Below are positions 18,245-29,689 of a stretch of 64,000 nucleotides of DNA, piece after piece; position 1 is the first letter of the stretch; each line of letters opens with the position of its first letter. The translations under genes and the position numbers were made by a program. The stretch spans positions 78,121 to 142,120 of the forward strand of contig CACJML010000001.1 of NCBI GenBank assembly GCA_902594515.1, read 5' to 3'. The notes beneath the pieces are model-generated. The model was not told the DNA's origin and searched no databases. It saw only the letters and a list, made by a program, of their open reading frames with translations. The DNA comes from an uncultured SAR86 cluster bacterium. GTDB lineage: Bacteria > Pseudomonadota > Gammaproteobacteria > Magnimaribacterales > D2472.

Positions 18245-20142
18245 TGGCTAAACAATACGACGCTAAATCCATTGAGGTGCTTTCTGGATTAGACCCTGTA
18301 AGAAAAAGGCCAGGTATGTATACCGATACCAGCTGTCCTAATCATTTGATTCAAGAAGTCCTAGATAATGCAGTAGATGAAGCTTTAGCTGGTCATTGCT
18401 CTCAAATTAAGATTAATCTTTTTAAGGATGGCTTTATTGAAGTAAGTGACGATGGAAGAGGTATGCCAACAGATGTTCATCCTGAACATGAAGTAAGCGG
18501 TGTTGAGTTAATTTTATGTAAGCTCCATGCTGGAGCAAAATTTTCTGGAGAGGATTACAACTTTTCTGGCGGGCTTCATGGAGTCGGTGTATCTGTTGTG
18601 AACGCCTTATCAACAAATTTATCAGCAACGATAAAGCGAGATGGAAAAATTCATGAAATGAGTTTTAGTGGTGGAGAAAAATCAAACGAATTAAAAGTAA
18701 CAGGCGAAGTTGGCAACAGGAATACAGGAACAAGTATAAGATTTATTCCTGATTCTCAGTATTTTGAATCCTCGAAAGTTGATGTAAAAAAATTAAAACA
18801 TCTACTAAAGGCAAAATCAGTCTTATGTCCGGGTTTAAAAATTTCATTTTCAAGTGAATTTAAAAAAGATGATAAAGAAACTTGGGAGTATCCAAATGGT
18901 CTAGAGGGTTATTTAGGTGATGAGATTAAAGATGAAGAGTTTCTCTTAAAAGATTCAATTTTAAGTTCAAAATCTAACGAAGATAATTCAATTGATTTTG
19001 TTATCAATTGGGTTATGAATAACTCCAAAAAACTCCTAAATGAATCTTATGTAAATCTTATTCCAACTGCACAAGGTGGCTCACATCTTAACGGCTTTAA
19101 ATCTGGACTTTTGGATGCAATTAAAGAATTTTGTGAATTTAGAAATCTTTTGCCAAAGGGAATTAAGCTAACTTCTGACGATACGATTAATCATGCCGCA
19201 TTTGTTGTTTCATCGAAACTTAAAAATCCACAATTTGCCGGTCAAACCAAGGAAAGATTAGATTCTAAAGACCACCAATCCTTTGTCAGTGCAGCTACAA
19301 AAGATTCTTTAAGTATTTGGTTCAACCAGCATACTGAAGAGGCGGAACTAATTGCTGACCTTGCTATTGAATCTGCTCAGAAAAGATCAAAAGAAGTTAA
19401 AACAGTCGCACGTAAAAAAACTTTTCAAGGTCCCGCTCTTCCAGGCAAGTTATCTGATTGCAATTCAATTGATCTCAATGAAACTGAACTTTTTTTAGTT
19501 GAGGGTGATTCAGCTGGAGGCTCTGCAAAACAAGCACGCGAAAGAGGCTTTCAAGCAATCATGCCGCTCAGAGGAAAAATTCTCAATACATGGGATCTAG
19601 AAAGCAGTGAAATAATTAAGTCTCAGGAAATTAAAGACTTAGCTACTGCAATGGGTGTTAATCCGGGAGAAACAGACCTATCAAACCTCAGGTATGGAAA
19701 AATATGCATCCTCGCAGATGCTGACTCAGATGGGTTACACATAGCAACACTGCTATGTGCACTTTTTTTAAGGCATTATAAAAATCTTATTCAAGATGGC
19801 CGAATTTATGTTGCGATGCCGCCACTCTTTAGAATAGATTGCGCAAAAGAAAAATTTTATGCAGTTGATGAAAAAGAAAAAGATAAGATTGTAAAAGAGC
19901 TTGGTTCTAAAAAAGGAAACCCAAAAATAGATATTCAAAGGTTTAAAGGGCTTGGTGAAATGAATCCAAGCCAGCTTCGAGAGACTGTTATGGATCCAGC
20001 AACCAGAAAATTGGTTCAACTTACCATAGACTCAAAAGACAATGTTAATGCAATGATGGATCTTCTTTTGTCAAAGAAAAGGGCAGGGGATAGAAAGACA
20101 TGGCTCGAGAAAAAAGGAAAAATTGCTAGGGTGGACATATGA
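18244..20142 (+). CDS. parE: DNA topoisomerase IV subunit B
   Basis: GHKL ATPase and TOPRIM motifs are present ([23 protein letters not shown]). At 632 aa it lacks the GyrB insertion. parC follows immediately. Confidence 0.9.
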
Positions 20143-22388
20143 GTAATCAAAAAATTGATGCAATCAAACTAAAAGATTATGCAGAGGAATCATATTTAAA
20201 TTATTCGATGTACGTCATCTTAGATCGTGCGCTGCCAAATATTGGTGATGGAATGAAGCCTGTTCAAAGAAGGATCCTGTATGCAATGAGTGAGCTAGGT
20301 TTAAATGCTGGATCAAAGTACAAGAAATCTGCAAGAACTGTAGGAGATGTAATTGGTAAATTTCATCCGCATGGAGACAGTGCTGCATATGAAGCTATGG
20401 TTTTGATGGCACAAAACTTTTCTTTTAGATATCCCCTTGTTGATGGGCAAGGAAATTGGGGAACACAGGATGATCCAAAATCTTTCGCCGCAATGAGATA
20501 TACAGAATCAAGATTAACTGCATATGCAAATCTTTTGCTCGAAGAGATTAAGTTAGGCACAGTTGATTGGCAGCCTAACTTTGATGGCTCTCTTTCGGAA
20601 CCAATAATTTTGCCATCTAAAGTTCCAAATATTTTATTGAATGGAACTACAGGAATCGCCGTGGGCATGGCCACAGATATTCCTTCTCATAATATTTCAG
20701 AAGTTATAGATGCTTGTATTTATCTACTTGATAATCCCAAAGCTGACATTTCAAAACTTCTCAAGCATGTCAAAGGCCCAGATTTTTCAAATCATGCGCC
20801 AATAATTGCTTCAGATGAGGAGCTCATCGAAATTTACACAACGGGCAGAGGCGGTTTTAAAATGCAAGCAAAATGGATAAAGGAGGGCAATGATATTGTT
20901 ATCGATGCTCTTCCACATCAAGCATCAGGATCAAAAATTTTAGAGCAGATTGCAGATCAGATGAATAAAAAGAAGCTTCCAATGATTGTTGATCTTAGAG
21001 ATGAGGCTGACCATCAAGAGCCAGTTAGGCTTGTTATCTCTCTTAAATCTAATCGTATTGATGGTGAGGAGGTTATGAACCATTTGTACGCAACCACTGA
21101 TTTACAAAAGAACTACAGAGCAAACATTAACTTAATTGACCGATCTGGATCGCCAAGGGTATTTGGCCTTAGAGACTTGCTCTACGAATGGCTGAAATTT
21201 AGACAAGAAACGGTGCTTAAAAAACTTAAGCACAGACTTCAACAAGTTGATGATAGATTGCATATCCTTGAAGGCCTACTAATTGTTTATGTGGACATAG
21301 ACACGGTCATTAAAATCATACGTCAAAGTGATGAACCTAAAAAAGAACTTATTAAAAAATTTAAGATTTCGGAAATTCAAGCCAATGCAATTCTTGAGAT
21401 TAAGCTTAGACAGCTTGCAAAACTGGAACAAATAAAACTTGAAGAAGAAAGTAAACTATTAAAGGATGAAAAAAAGGATTTGGAAAAGATCATTGGCTCC
21501 AAATCAAGATTAAAGACTTACATTAAGAAAGAACTGCTTGAAATTAAAGAACAGTTTGGAGATGAAAGGAATTCTCCGATTATTGAAAGCTCTAACGCAA
21601 AGGCTTTTTCTGAAGAGGAGGTCATTTCCAACGAACCAATAACCATTATCCTCTCAAAAGCAGGATGGATAAGAGCAGCAAAGGGACATGATGTTGATCC
21701 AAGCTCATTAAATTATCGGGGCGATGATGACCTCAGACATTTTGCACAAGGCAGAAATAATCAAATGGCAAATTTCTTTGATTCGACGGGGAAATGTTTT
21801 TCGTTATCATCTTTCTCGTTGCCCTCAGCTCGAGGCATGGGTGAGCCAATTACTGGTAGAGTAAGTGCCGAGTCAGGTGTGTCTTTTCAAGGAGTAATAG
21901 CTGGCGCTGATGAAGAAAAATTTATTATTTCAACATCTGCTGGATATGGATTTATCAGTGAAATTAGGAATACTCTATCAAACAAGAAGACAGGTAAGAA
22001 TTTTATTAAATTAACTCCTCAATCCAAACTAGTTCCGCCTATCAAGATACTCCCGCATCATCAGTTAATTGTTGCCATTTCATCTATAGGAAGAATGTTG
22101 ATTTTTTCATTAGATAGCTTACCAATTCTTCCAAGAGGTAAAGGGAATAAAATCATTAATATTCCCAAGGCTAAATTTGAAAGTGGTGAAGAAGCAATGA
22201 CACATATATGTTTGTTAGGAGCAGAGTCAAAGCTGCAACTTCATAGCGGGAAACAATTTAAAAATTTCAGTGTTAAAGATCTTGAAAATTATCTCTCAGA
22301 TAGAGCCAAGCGAGGCTTAATGTTGCCGCAAGGATATCGAAAAGTTGATAGGGTTATTGAAGTTTTTGATGCTTCAGAGGAGTCTTGA
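20139..22388 (+). CDS. parC: DNA topoisomerase IV subunit A
   Basis: 749 aa. It has the GyrA/ParC N-terminus ([14 protein letters not shown]), the catalytic Tyr context AAMRYTE, and an ATGA overlap with parE. Confidence 0.9.
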   Translation: MSNQKIDAIKLKDYAEESYLNYSMYVILDRALPNIGDGMKPVQRRILYAMSELGLNAGSKYKKSARTVGDVIGKFHPHGDSAAYEAMVLMAQNFSFRYPLVDGQGNWGTQDDPKSFAAMRYTESRLTAYANLLLEEIKLGTVDWQPNFDGSLSEPIILPSKVPNILLNGTTGIAVGMATDIPSHNISEVIDACIYLLDNPKADISKLLKHVKGPDFSNHAPIIASDEELIEIYTTGRGGFKMQAKWIKEGNDIVIDALPHQASGSKILEQIADQMNKKKLPMIVDLRDEADHQEPVRLVISLKSNRIDGEEVMNHLYATTDLQKNYRANINLIDRSGSPRVFGLRDLLYEWLKFRQETVLKKLKHRLQQVDDRLHILEGLLIVYVDIDTVIKIIRQSDEPKKELIKKFKISEIQANAILEIKLRQLAKLEQIKLEEESKLLKDEKKDLEKIIGSKSRLKTYIKKELLEIKEQFGDERNSPIIESSNAKAFSEEEVISNEPITIILSKAGWIRAAKGHDVDPSSLNYRGDDDLRHFAQGRNNQMANFFDSTGKCFSLSSFSLPSARGMGEPITGRVSAESGVSFQGVIAGADEEKFIISTSAGYGFISEIRNTLSNKKTGKNFIKLTPQSKLVPPIKILPHHQLIVAISSIGRMLIFSLDSLPILPRGKGNKIINIPKAKFESGEEAMTHICLLGAESKLQLHSGKQFKNFSVKDLENYLSDRAKRGLMLPQGYRKVDRVIEVFDASEES

Positions 22389-23573
22389 AAGACTTTTTTC
22401 TAATTTTTTGACACCCAATTTAATCTCTTTTTCTGAAATTGTCAGTGCTGGCGCAAGCCTAAGGGTATTATTATTTGCTTTTAATATCATCAATCCTTCA
22501 TCATATGCAGATGACATAATATTTTGAAGGGTTAGATTTTCTATTTTAGAGTTAAGCTCAAGACCAATCCATAATCCTGCAGATCTAACCGCAGTAAAAC
22601 AATTATATTTTTTGTTTAAATCATTTAATAAGCTTAAAAAGAGTTTTTCTTTCTTTATTACTGAATTAAGAAAGCTTTTTTTAGATACTTCTTTGAATAC
22701 TTCATATGAAACAGAGCAAGCCAGAGGGTTGCCTCCATATGTTGAACCATGAGCGCCAACATGCATTACCTTTGCAACTTTATTAGTAGTAAGTATTGCA
22801 CCTATCGGCATTCCATTTCCCATGCCTTTAGCAGAACAAAGAATGTCAGGCTTTATATTGTACTTCTCGTACGCATAAAGATGACCAGTTCTCCCAACAC
22901 CCGATTGCACTTCATCTATAACAATTAAAGCATTATTTTTCCTACATAACTTTTTAATTTCATTAATGAATACTTTTTTTGCAGGCACTATTCCAGCCTC
23001 ACCTTGAATTAGTTCGATTACAACTGCAGCAGTATTTTTATTGATGATCTTTTTTAAACCATCTACTTGATTAAATGGGTGCTGCTTAATGCCACCTGGC
23101 ATAGGACCAAAACCTTCGGTCATCCTTTTGGAACCATTAAGAGCAATAGCCATCATCGTTCTGCCATGAAAAGCATCATTAAAAGCAACGATCTCATTTT
23201 TTTTGTTAGAAAAATTAGTTGAAGCATATTTTCTTGCTGTCTTTACAGCTCCTTCAACAGCTTCTGCGCCAGAATTTGTAAAGAAGATTTTTTCGGCAAA
23301 TGTCTTATTGCAAATTAATTTTGCCAGCTTTAATGCAGGCTCATTTGCTAATACGTTTGATAGATGCCAAAGATTTTTTGACTGCGCATTTAATGTTTTT
23401 ACTAAAGTTGGATGACAATGGCCTAAGTTTGATACAGCAATACCTGAAGCAAAATCAAGATACTTATTATTATTTTGATCCCATACATAACTGCCTTTTG
23501 CTTTTTTTGGAATAAATTTAGCTGGATTATATACAGGCAATATGTACTTGTTAAAATCACTTCGAGTAACCAT
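22374..23573 (-). CDS. argD: Acetylornithine/succinylornithine-type class III aminotransferase
   Basis: It is collinear with E. coli ArgD from [44 protein letters not shown] and the PLP-Lys context [13 protein letters not shown] are present. The track start at 23657 adds 28 non-homologous residues, so I call ATG 23573. Confidence 0.85.
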   Translation of the reverse strand: MVTRSDFNKYILPVYNPAKFIPKKAKGSYVWDQNNNKYLDFASGIAVSNLGHCHPTLVKTLNAQSKNLWHLSNVLANEPALKLAKLICNKTFAEKIFFTNSGAEAVEGAVKTARKYASTNFSNKKNEIVAFNDAFHGRTMMAIALNGSKRMTEGFGPMPGGIKQHPFNQVDGLKKIINKNTAAVVIELIQGEAGIVPAKKVFINEIKKLCRKNNALIVIDEVQSGVGRTGHLYAYEKYNIKPDILCSAKGMGNGMPIGAILTTNKVAKVMHVGAHGSTYGGNPLACSVSYEVFKEVSKKSFLNSVIKKEKLFLSLLNDLNKKYNCFTAVRSAGLWIGLELNSKIENLTLQNIMSSAYDEGLMILKANNNTLRLAPALTISEKEIKLGVKKLEKSLSRLL

Positions 23574-23579
23574 GTAAAC

Positions 23580-24065
23580 ATGATAAAGGTTGAACAAAAT
23601 AAACAAAATAGTTTTTTCTTTGAAATTAAGCCTAACCGTTCGCTTTACGGAACCCAAAGAGTTATTTTTTTTACTCTCCTTTTTTCAACTTGCTTAATAA
23701 TTGGCTTAGCTTTTTTTATGTTAGGGGCAACACTAATTCTCCCATTTGCAGGTTTAGAAATTTTTTTTGTAAGCCTAGGATTTTATGCAAACTTTAAATG
23801 GAGCAGGCAAAAAGAAATCATTTACCTATCCCACTCAAAAATAAAGATTGAAAAGGGGAGGATTTTTAGAGATTTTGTTTGGGAGGAGTTTAGAGCATTC
23901 GTTAAGTTTCAGATTAAAAAAACTAACAACGAAACGAATAAATTATTTTTTTCATCTAAAGGCAAGCATATTGAGGTGGGTAATTTTCTTAATAAAGAAC
24001 AAAAAGAGGATTTAATTAAAGAAATCAGATCGGCAATTTCATTCCTTAATAATTTAGACCCATAA
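23580..24065 (+). CDS. DUF2244-family integral membrane protein
   Basis: From ATG 23580 (MIKVEQNKQNSFFFEIKPNRSLYG..) there are two TM segments and then a soluble tail. The PNRSL motif and layout match DUF2244. The upstream part of the track ORF lies inside argD antisense. Confidence 0.7.
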   Translation: MIKVEQNKQNSFFFEIKPNRSLYGTQRVIFFTLLFSTCLIIGLAFFMLGATLILPFAGLEIFFVSLGFYANFKWSRQKEIIYLSHSKIKIEKGRIFRDFVWEEFRAFVKFQIKKTNNETNKLFFSSKGKHIEVGNFLNKEQKEDLIKEIRSAISFLNNLDP

Positions 24066-25301
24066 AGGCAGCTTCTTTTTTACTAACTTGAGTTTGCCTT
24101 TTTTATATTTAGGCATTGATGAAAACTTATGCTCCAATTTGCCAGAAATTAAAGGCTTGAAATAAGCAATACCTTTTTTGGTTATTCCATATCCATCCTT
24201 TGTAATAAATGAAGCGGGCAATTTTTTTTCTACATTTGCAATCTTTTTTAAAGAAGCAGGTTCAATCGTCCATTTATAGGGATTGTTAGATAGGCGTTTT
24301 ATTACAGGCATTATTCCATGCATATTTTTGCTTGCATACTTAACAGCGTGCTTCCCAACCGCAAAGGCTTGATCGAGATCAACTCCCGATGCAATATGTC
24401 GAGCACTCCTTTGAAGATAGTCAGCAACTGCCCAATGATTCTTAAGACCTGTTTTTTTACTAATAATATTTGCTAAATTAGGAGCAACGCCCCCAAGCTG
24501 CGAGTGTCCAAAAGCATCTTTCAAGCCACTTTCTGCAATAAATCTACCCTTATTATTTTTAATTCCCTCAGACGCAACGACTACGCAAAAACCTTTTCTT
24601 GCTACCGTATCTTTTACTTTCCTTAAAAAGTCTCTTTCCTTGAAAGTAATTTCAGGTAGAAGAATGAGATCAGGTGCATGAGGATAACTTTCTATGGCGA
24701 CTGAACTTGATGCAGCAATCCATCCGGCATGCCGACCCATAACTTCCAGGATAAAAACTTTAGTTGAACTAGCCGCCATTGATTCAACATCTAGAGCAGC
24801 TTCAATTGTTGAGTTGATTACGTATTTAGCAACTGAACCAAAGCCTGGACAACAATCAGTTACGGCTAGATCATTATCCACTGTCTTTGGTATTGCAATG
24901 CAATTTAAATCATAGTTAAGTTTTTTACATGCCTCAGAAATTTTTAGTGCAGTATCAGCAGAATCATTGCCTCCGTTATAAAAAAAGTAACCAATGTCAT
25001 GAGCACGAAATACATCAATGATTCTCTGATATTCTTTTTGATTTTTACTAAAGTCTTTCAGTTTATATCTGCAGGATCCAAAGACACCACCTGGTCTAAA
25101 TTTTAAATCCTTTATAAATGATGTTGACTCAACTGATGTGTCATATAACTCTTCATTAAGGGCACCAAGAATTCCGTTTTTGCCTGCAAAAACTTTGTTA
25201 ATTTTTTTACTTTTTTTTGCTTCTAAAATTACAGCCGAAGCAGTTGTATTAATGACTGAAGTAACGCCACCAGACTGAGAATAAAATGCATTTTTTGACA
25301 T
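24054..25301 (-). CDS. pfp: Pyrophosphate-dependent 6-phosphofructokinase (PPi-PFK, short type)
   Basis: It belongs to the PFK family. GGNDS replaces the E. coli PfkA GGDGS, putting Asp at the Gly104 position. PKTVDND replaces PGTIDND, putting Lys at the Gly124 position. Both are the classic PPi-specificity substitutions. Confidence 0.8.
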   Translation of the reverse strand: MSKNAFYSQSGGVTSVINTTASAVILEAKKSKKINKVFAGKNGILGALNEELYDTSVESTSFIKDLKFRPGGVFGSCRYKLKDFSKNQKEYQRIIDVFRAHDIGYFFYNGGNDSADTALKISEACKKLNYDLNCIAIPKTVDNDLAVTDCCPGFGSVAKYVINSTIEAALDVESMAASSTKVFILEVMGRHAGWIAASSSVAIESYPHAPDLILLPEITFKERDFLRKVKDTVARKGFCVVVASEGIKNNKGRFIAESGLKDAFGHSQLGGVAPNLANIISKKTGLKNHWAVADYLQRSARHIASGVDLDQAFAVGKHAVKYASKNMHGIMPVIKRLSNNPYKWTIEPASLKKIANVEKKLPASFITKDGYGITKKGIAYFKPLISGKLEHKFSSMPKYKKGKLKLVKKKLPLWV

Positions 25302-25357
25302 ATATTTATAATTAATGAAATATCGTCTATGGTATCAACAGAGATAAAAATTTAAAA

Positions 25358-26650
25358 ATGAAAATTCATATTCTTGGAGTTTGCGGCACCTTTATGGGCG
25401 GACTTGCAAGGATATTATCTGAGTCAGATCATGATATTTCTGGTTCAGATGTTGCCTTTTATCCACCAATGTCAGATCAACTTAATGACTTAGGAATTAA
25501 TCTAACTTCTGGATATGCAGTAAAGGATCTTCCAGGTGCTGATTTGTATATCATTGGGAATGCTCTTTCTAGAGGCAATGAAAGTGTTGAATATATTCTT
25601 GAAAAGAAACTTAATTTTACCTCTGGGCCCGCGATGCTTGGCAATGTCCTCAAAGATAAAAATGTCTTAGCAGTATCAGGTACTCATGGCAAAACTACTA
25701 CCGCAGCAATGCTTTGTAAAATTATGCACGACAAATATAAAGATATAGGATATTTGGTTGGAGGTGTTGCCCAAGATTTAGAGGGATCAGCAAAGCTTGG
25801 AAAAGGTGAATATTTCATTATTGAAGCTGACGAGTATGATTCAGCTTTTTTTGATAAGCGATCAAAGTTTATTCATTATTCTCCAAATACTTTAATAATA
25901 AATAATATTGAGTTTGATCACGCTGATATATTTTCTGACGTTGATGAAATTTATAAGCAATTCCATCATCTAGTAAGAATTATTCCAAATAATGGCAACA
26001 TCATTTTTCATTCTGATGATAAAGATGTAGGGAAGCTAATTCAGATGGGATGCTGGTCGAATCTTTTTGGTCTAGGAGAGGAAAGTATTTCTTATAACCA
26101 TCAAGAAAATATTATTTCAACTGATAATAATCATTTTCCAGTTGATAAATTACCATTTTTTGGAAGACACAATTATCAAAATGCAGTCGCTGCGATGCAT
26201 GCAGCTTACTTAAATGGTGTGGATTATAAATCTGCATTTAATTCATTGAGGGAGTTTGGTGGTGTAAAGAGACGATTGCAGGTCGTATATAACAAAAATA
26301 ATAAAATCGTTTACGATGATTTTGCTCATCATCCAACTGCCATTTCAGCAACAATTGACGCCGTTATTAAGGATCACTCAGGTGTGACGCTAGGCATTAT
26401 TGAGTTAGCATCGAATACGATGAAATCAGGCTATCATGGAAAAGCTCTTTTAGAGAGTGCTCACAAGCTCGATTATGTGTATTGGCTTGATAGGAATCGT
26501 GTACTTGATCATCAGAATGCTTTTGATGACCTTGAAAACTTGCTAAATGTCGCCAATAAAGACTTAAGGGAATGTAAAAACATTCTTATAATGACCAATA
26601 GTGATAGTAAAAAATTAATAGATCCAATAATAAAAATTCTAGATGAATAA
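25358..26650 (+). CDS. mpl: UDP-N-acetylmuramate:L-Ala-gamma-D-Glu-meso-DAP ligase (murein peptide ligase)
   Basis: MKIHILGVCGTFMGGLARIL..GSDVAFYPPMSDQL closely parallels the E. coli Mpl N-terminus. The Mur ligase P-loop GTHGKTTT is present. Confidence 0.9.
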   Translation: MKIHILGVCGTFMGGLARILSESDHDISGSDVAFYPPMSDQLNDLGINLTSGYAVKDLPGADLYIIGNALSRGNESVEYILEKKLNFTSGPAMLGNVLKDKNVLAVSGTHGKTTTAAMLCKIMHDKYKDIGYLVGGVAQDLEGSAKLGKGEYFIIEADEYDSAFFDKRSKFIHYSPNTLIINNIEFDHADIFSDVDEIYKQFHHLVRIIPNNGNIIFHSDDKDVGKLIQMGCWSNLFGLGEESISYNHQENIISTDNNHFPVDKLPFFGRHNYQNAVAAMHAAYLNGVDYKSAFNSLREFGGVKRRLQVVYNKNNKIVYDDFAHHPTAISATIDAVIKDHSGVTLGIIELASNTMKSGYHGKALLESAHKLDYVYWLDRNRVLDHQNAFDDLENLLNVANKDLRECKNILIMTNSDSKKLIDPIIKILDE

Positions 26651-27236
26651 AGCCCTTCCAATTTTTCCATTAGGTATCGTTGTACTCCCTGGAAATATTC
26701 AATCTTTACAAATTTTTGAACCGCGATATTTAAAAATGATAAAAGATGTTATGCGGGGTGATAATCAATTTGTTATCTCACTTTTGAGCAACTCAAATCA
26801 AGATATTTCCTTTAAAGACAAAGGCACCCTTGTAGAAATAATAGATTTTAATGATTTACCAAATGGCCTGCTTGGGATTACAGTCAAGGGCACAACTAGA
26901 GTTGAAATTTCTTCGGCTGAAATAAATGAGGATGATTATCATGTTGGTCAAATTTTTCCAATTTCTGAACCAACCGTTGATGATCAAGCATTATTGGCAA
27001 AGTTTCCTGAACTTATTAATGTATTAAGTCAATTAAAAGAACATCCCAAAGTAAGAGAGTTGCCGATAGATATTAATTTATCATCAGCTGATTCGGTCAG
27101 TTTTCATCTTGGAGGCTTAATACCTTTGAGCCCACTTGACAAACAATTATTATTAGATGCATTTGATGCAGGTCAAAGATTAAATATCTTATCCAGACTG
27201 CTTGATAAGATTTCTAGTTCGTCAAGAAAAGCCTAA
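26643..27236 (+). CDS. LON N-terminal (substrate-binding) domain-only protein
   Basis: LPIFPLGIVVLPGNIQSLQIFEPRYLKMI is the Lon N-domain signature. At 197 aa it has no AAA or protease domains. Confidence 0.8.
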   Translation: MNKALPIFPLGIVVLPGNIQSLQIFEPRYLKMIKDVMRGDNQFVISLLSNSNQDISFKDKGTLVEIIDFNDLPNGLLGITVKGTTRVEISSAEINEDDYHVGQIFPISEPTVDDQALLAKFPELINVLSQLKEHPKVRELPIDINLSSADSVSFHLGGLIPLSPLDKQLLLDAFDAGQRLNILSRLLDKISSSSRKA

Positions 27237-27359
27237 TTTGATTATGAACTAAATTTAAGTGTTTCTTAGTTTCACACTAGTAGAATCTTTTTGCCTACTA
27301 TTTTTTTTTAGGCAAACATTTAATATAGCTTTATAAGGAAATTCTAAAAGGGAGAGAAT

Positions 27360-28361
27360 ATGGAAAATACTAAGTGGGTTTTAAAAGAAAGACCAATTGG
27401 ATTAGTTAAAGATTCAGATTTTGAATTAATTAAAGAAGAAATCAGTGAATTAAAAGATCAGGAAATTCTACTACAAAATTTATATTTGTCTTTTGATCCT
27501 ACTCAGAGAATGTGGCTGAATGATATGCCAGGGTATTTACCTCCAGTTCAAATAGGAGAGGTAGTTCGATCAGGCGGCGTTGGCAAAGTGATTGATTCTA
27601 AGCACTCCGACTATAAGGTTGGAGATTTAGTTTTCGGATTTGTTGGATGGCAATCTCATTGCTTGGTTGCACCAACTCAGGATGAAAGATTTAGAGTTAT
27701 TCCTGATATTCTTCCATTGCCCACTATGTTAAATGTTTTAGGCACAACAGGTATCACTGCCTATTATGGCTTGGTTGAATTAGGTGATCCTAAACCGGGT
27801 GAGACTGTACTAGTATCTGGAGCAGCAGGTGCAACTGGTTCAGTTGCAGCTCAAATTGCAAAGCTCAAAGGTTGTAATGTTATCGGAATAGCTGGTGGTG
27901 AAAAAAAATGCCAATGGCTAAAAGACTGTGGAATCGACGAGGTTATAGATTATAAAAATAGCAATGTTCATGAGGAGCTACCAAAGGTTGCTAAAAATGG
28001 TATCGATGTTTATTTTGATAATGTTGGTGGAAAACTTCTTGAGACAGTCCTATTCCTCATTAATATCAATGCCAGAGTTCTTCTATGTGGCGGCATTTCT
28101 TCTGGTTATGACGCCACTAAGTTACCTGATGGGCCTAAAAACCTTTTTTCATTAATTATTAACAGAGCAACAATGCAAGGATTTTTAGTTTTAGATTATC
28201 TCCCTCATGCTGAAAAAGCCTTAGAAGAAATTGGGACTTGGGTTATGGAAGGTAAGATTAAGCATATTGAAGATGTACAAGAAGGGCTTGAGAACTGCCC
28301 TCAAACTCTAAACAGACTCTTCACCGGTCAAAACTTTGGAAAACAAGTGCTAAAAATTTAA
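27360..28361 (+). CDS. NADP-dependent alkenal/enone oxidoreductase (MDR superfamily, YncB/CurA-like)
   Basis: 333 aa. ..LYLSFDPTQRMW.. and the cofactor motif VSGAAGATGSVAAQIAKLKG are typical of the YncB/leukotriene B4 dehydrogenase-like family. Confidence 0.8.
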   Translation: MENTKWVLKERPIGLVKDSDFELIKEEISELKDQEILLQNLYLSFDPTQRMWLNDMPGYLPPVQIGEVVRSGGVGKVIDSKHSDYKVGDLVFGFVGWQSHCLVAPTQDERFRVIPDILPLPTMLNVLGTTGITAYYGLVELGDPKPGETVLVSGAAGATGSVAAQIAKLKGCNVIGIAGGEKKCQWLKDCGIDEVIDYKNSNVHEELPKVAKNGIDVYFDNVGGKLLETVLFLININARVLLCGGISSGYDATKLPDGPKNLFSLIINRATMQGFLVLDYLPHAEKALEEIGTWVMEGKIKHIEDVQEGLENCPQTLNRLFTGQNFGKQVLKI

Positions 28362-28789
28362 ACCTTTAACGGTGGTTTACTAAGACGAGATCTAATCCAA
28401 TTTATTGAGTTGATCACACCTTTTTGCTTTAAAAGCTTCCTCTCAAATTTATATTTTCCTGGGTAGTCTATGAAGACTAGTCCAGTGATGATTGTGAGAA
28501 TTCCTTGTCCTGGTAATACGAGCATTAAAATTCCAGACAGCAATAATAAGATACCAAAAAAATTCTTTGTAATTAAAACCAATAATTTTATCAATGGATA
28601 TCGAGAGTTTTGAACGCTAGAAATTAAATTTCTATTTTCAGATTTGAAATAATCTTCTGGCAAAAAAGAAATAATCAGTACCATCATTAAAACTGAGATG
28701 ATAAGAATGAATATAGATAAGCTGCCTAAAAAAAATAGTAAATCGCTATTCATACTTGACCATAAAATAATTTTTTCACTAATGCTCAT
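28358..28789 (-). CDS. Small membrane protein, PGPGW-like
   Basis: 143 aa with 3-4 TM segments. The motif LVLPGQGILTIITGLVFIDYPGK resembles the PGPGW transmembrane family. Confidence 0.45.
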   Translation of the reverse strand: MSISEKIILWSSMNSDLLFFLGSLSIFILIISVLMMVLIISFLPEDYFKSENRNLISSVQNSRYPLIKLLVLITKNFFGILLLLSGILMLVLPGQGILTIITGLVFIDYPGKYKFERKLLKQKGVINSINWIRSRLSKPPLKV

Positions 28790-28884
28790 TTAATAGATAC
28801 TTTATAGCTCTTCGAGTGGATTGATCAATCTATTTTAGTTATTCTTAACCTATTGAATATGAAGATATGGGTTAATAACCTTCA

Positions 28885-29238
28885 ATGAAAAGCATCGAAT
28901 CACTTAATATTTGTATTCAAGCACTCAACGATTTAAAGGCACAAAATTTACTTACATTAGATATATCAAAGTCTTCGAATTTTTCAGATTGGTTTGTAAT
29001 AGCTACTGCAACTTCAGATAGGCATGCAAAAGCGATTGCTAATAATGTAGTTGAAGAACTGAAAAATAATAATGTAGAAATTATAGGTGTGGAAGGCAAA
29101 GAAGAATCTGAATGGATATTAATTGATTCCGGAGAAGTTGTAATAAATATAATGCTTGATGAGACAAGGAGCTTTTATGATCTAGAAAGTCTCTGGGGGG
29201 CTGAAATGAGCTCATCAATATCAAGCGATGAAATTTAA
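28885..29238 (+). CDS. rsfS: Ribosome silencing factor
   Basis: It has ..SNFSDWFVIATATSDRHAKAIANNV.. and is 117 aa. rlmH follows, as in many bacteria. Confidence 0.9.
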   Translation: MKSIESLNICIQALNDLKAQNLLTLDISKSSNFSDWFVIATATSDRHAKAIANNVVEELKNNNVEIIGVEGKEESEWILIDSGEVVINIMLDETRSFYDLESLWGAEMSSSISSDEI

Positions 29239-29686
29239 AGTTCACTCAATTTCAAGTAAATCTCAAGTCTGGGAAGAAACTGCGTTAGAATTTTATAAAA
29301 AAAGGCTACATGATCACGAGCTTATTTTTTTAAATCATAAGCATAAACTTTTATTAAAGAACCCTGAAGAGTTAATAGTGGCTGAGTCCAAAATATTATT
29401 AAACAAAGTTGAAAAAATAGATCATGCAATTGCATGGGATATTAAAGGAAGGTCAATTTCTAGCAATGAATTTGCTAATTTGATCAAGGAGTGCTCCATG
29501 AATGATCATCAAATAGAATTTATTATTGGCGGATCTCATGGCTTGTCTAGAGAGGTATTAGATAAGTCAAACCATGTAATCTCAGCCTCAAGACTTACTT
29601 TCCCCCATAGACTATTTAAAATAATATTATCAGAACAAATTTATAGAGCATGCTCAATTATCTCAAATCACCCTTATCATAAATAA
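29228..29686 (+). CDS. rlmH: 23S rRNA (pseudouridine1915-N3)-methyltransferase
   Basis: SPOUT family. The C-terminal IIGGSHGLSREV..LTFPHRLFKIILSEQIYRA..HPYHK is present. Confidence 0.9.
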   Translation: MKFKVHSISSKSQVWEETALEFYKKRLHDHELIFLNHKHKLLLKNPEELIVAESKILLNKVEKIDHAIAWDIKGRSISSNEFANLIKECSMNDHQIEFIIGGSHGLSREVLDKSNHVISASRLTFPHRLFKIILSEQIYRACSIISNHPYHK

Positions 29687-29689
29687 AGA

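Noticed and set aside
23574-23657. The ORF track adds a 28-codon N-terminal extension to argD, and a corresponding 35-codon extension to the DUF2244 ORF (23475-23579).
   Set aside because: The extensions have no counterpart in the homologous families and would make the two divergent genes overlap head-to-head. Internal ATGs at 23573 and 23580 match the family N-termini.
27291-27315. A hairpin TTGCCTA-(loop)-TAGGCAA follows the Lon-N-domain gene and could be a terminator.
   Set aside because: It has a 7-bp stem and an 11-nt loop made almost entirely of T, with no U-tract after the 3' arm. It is too weak to call.
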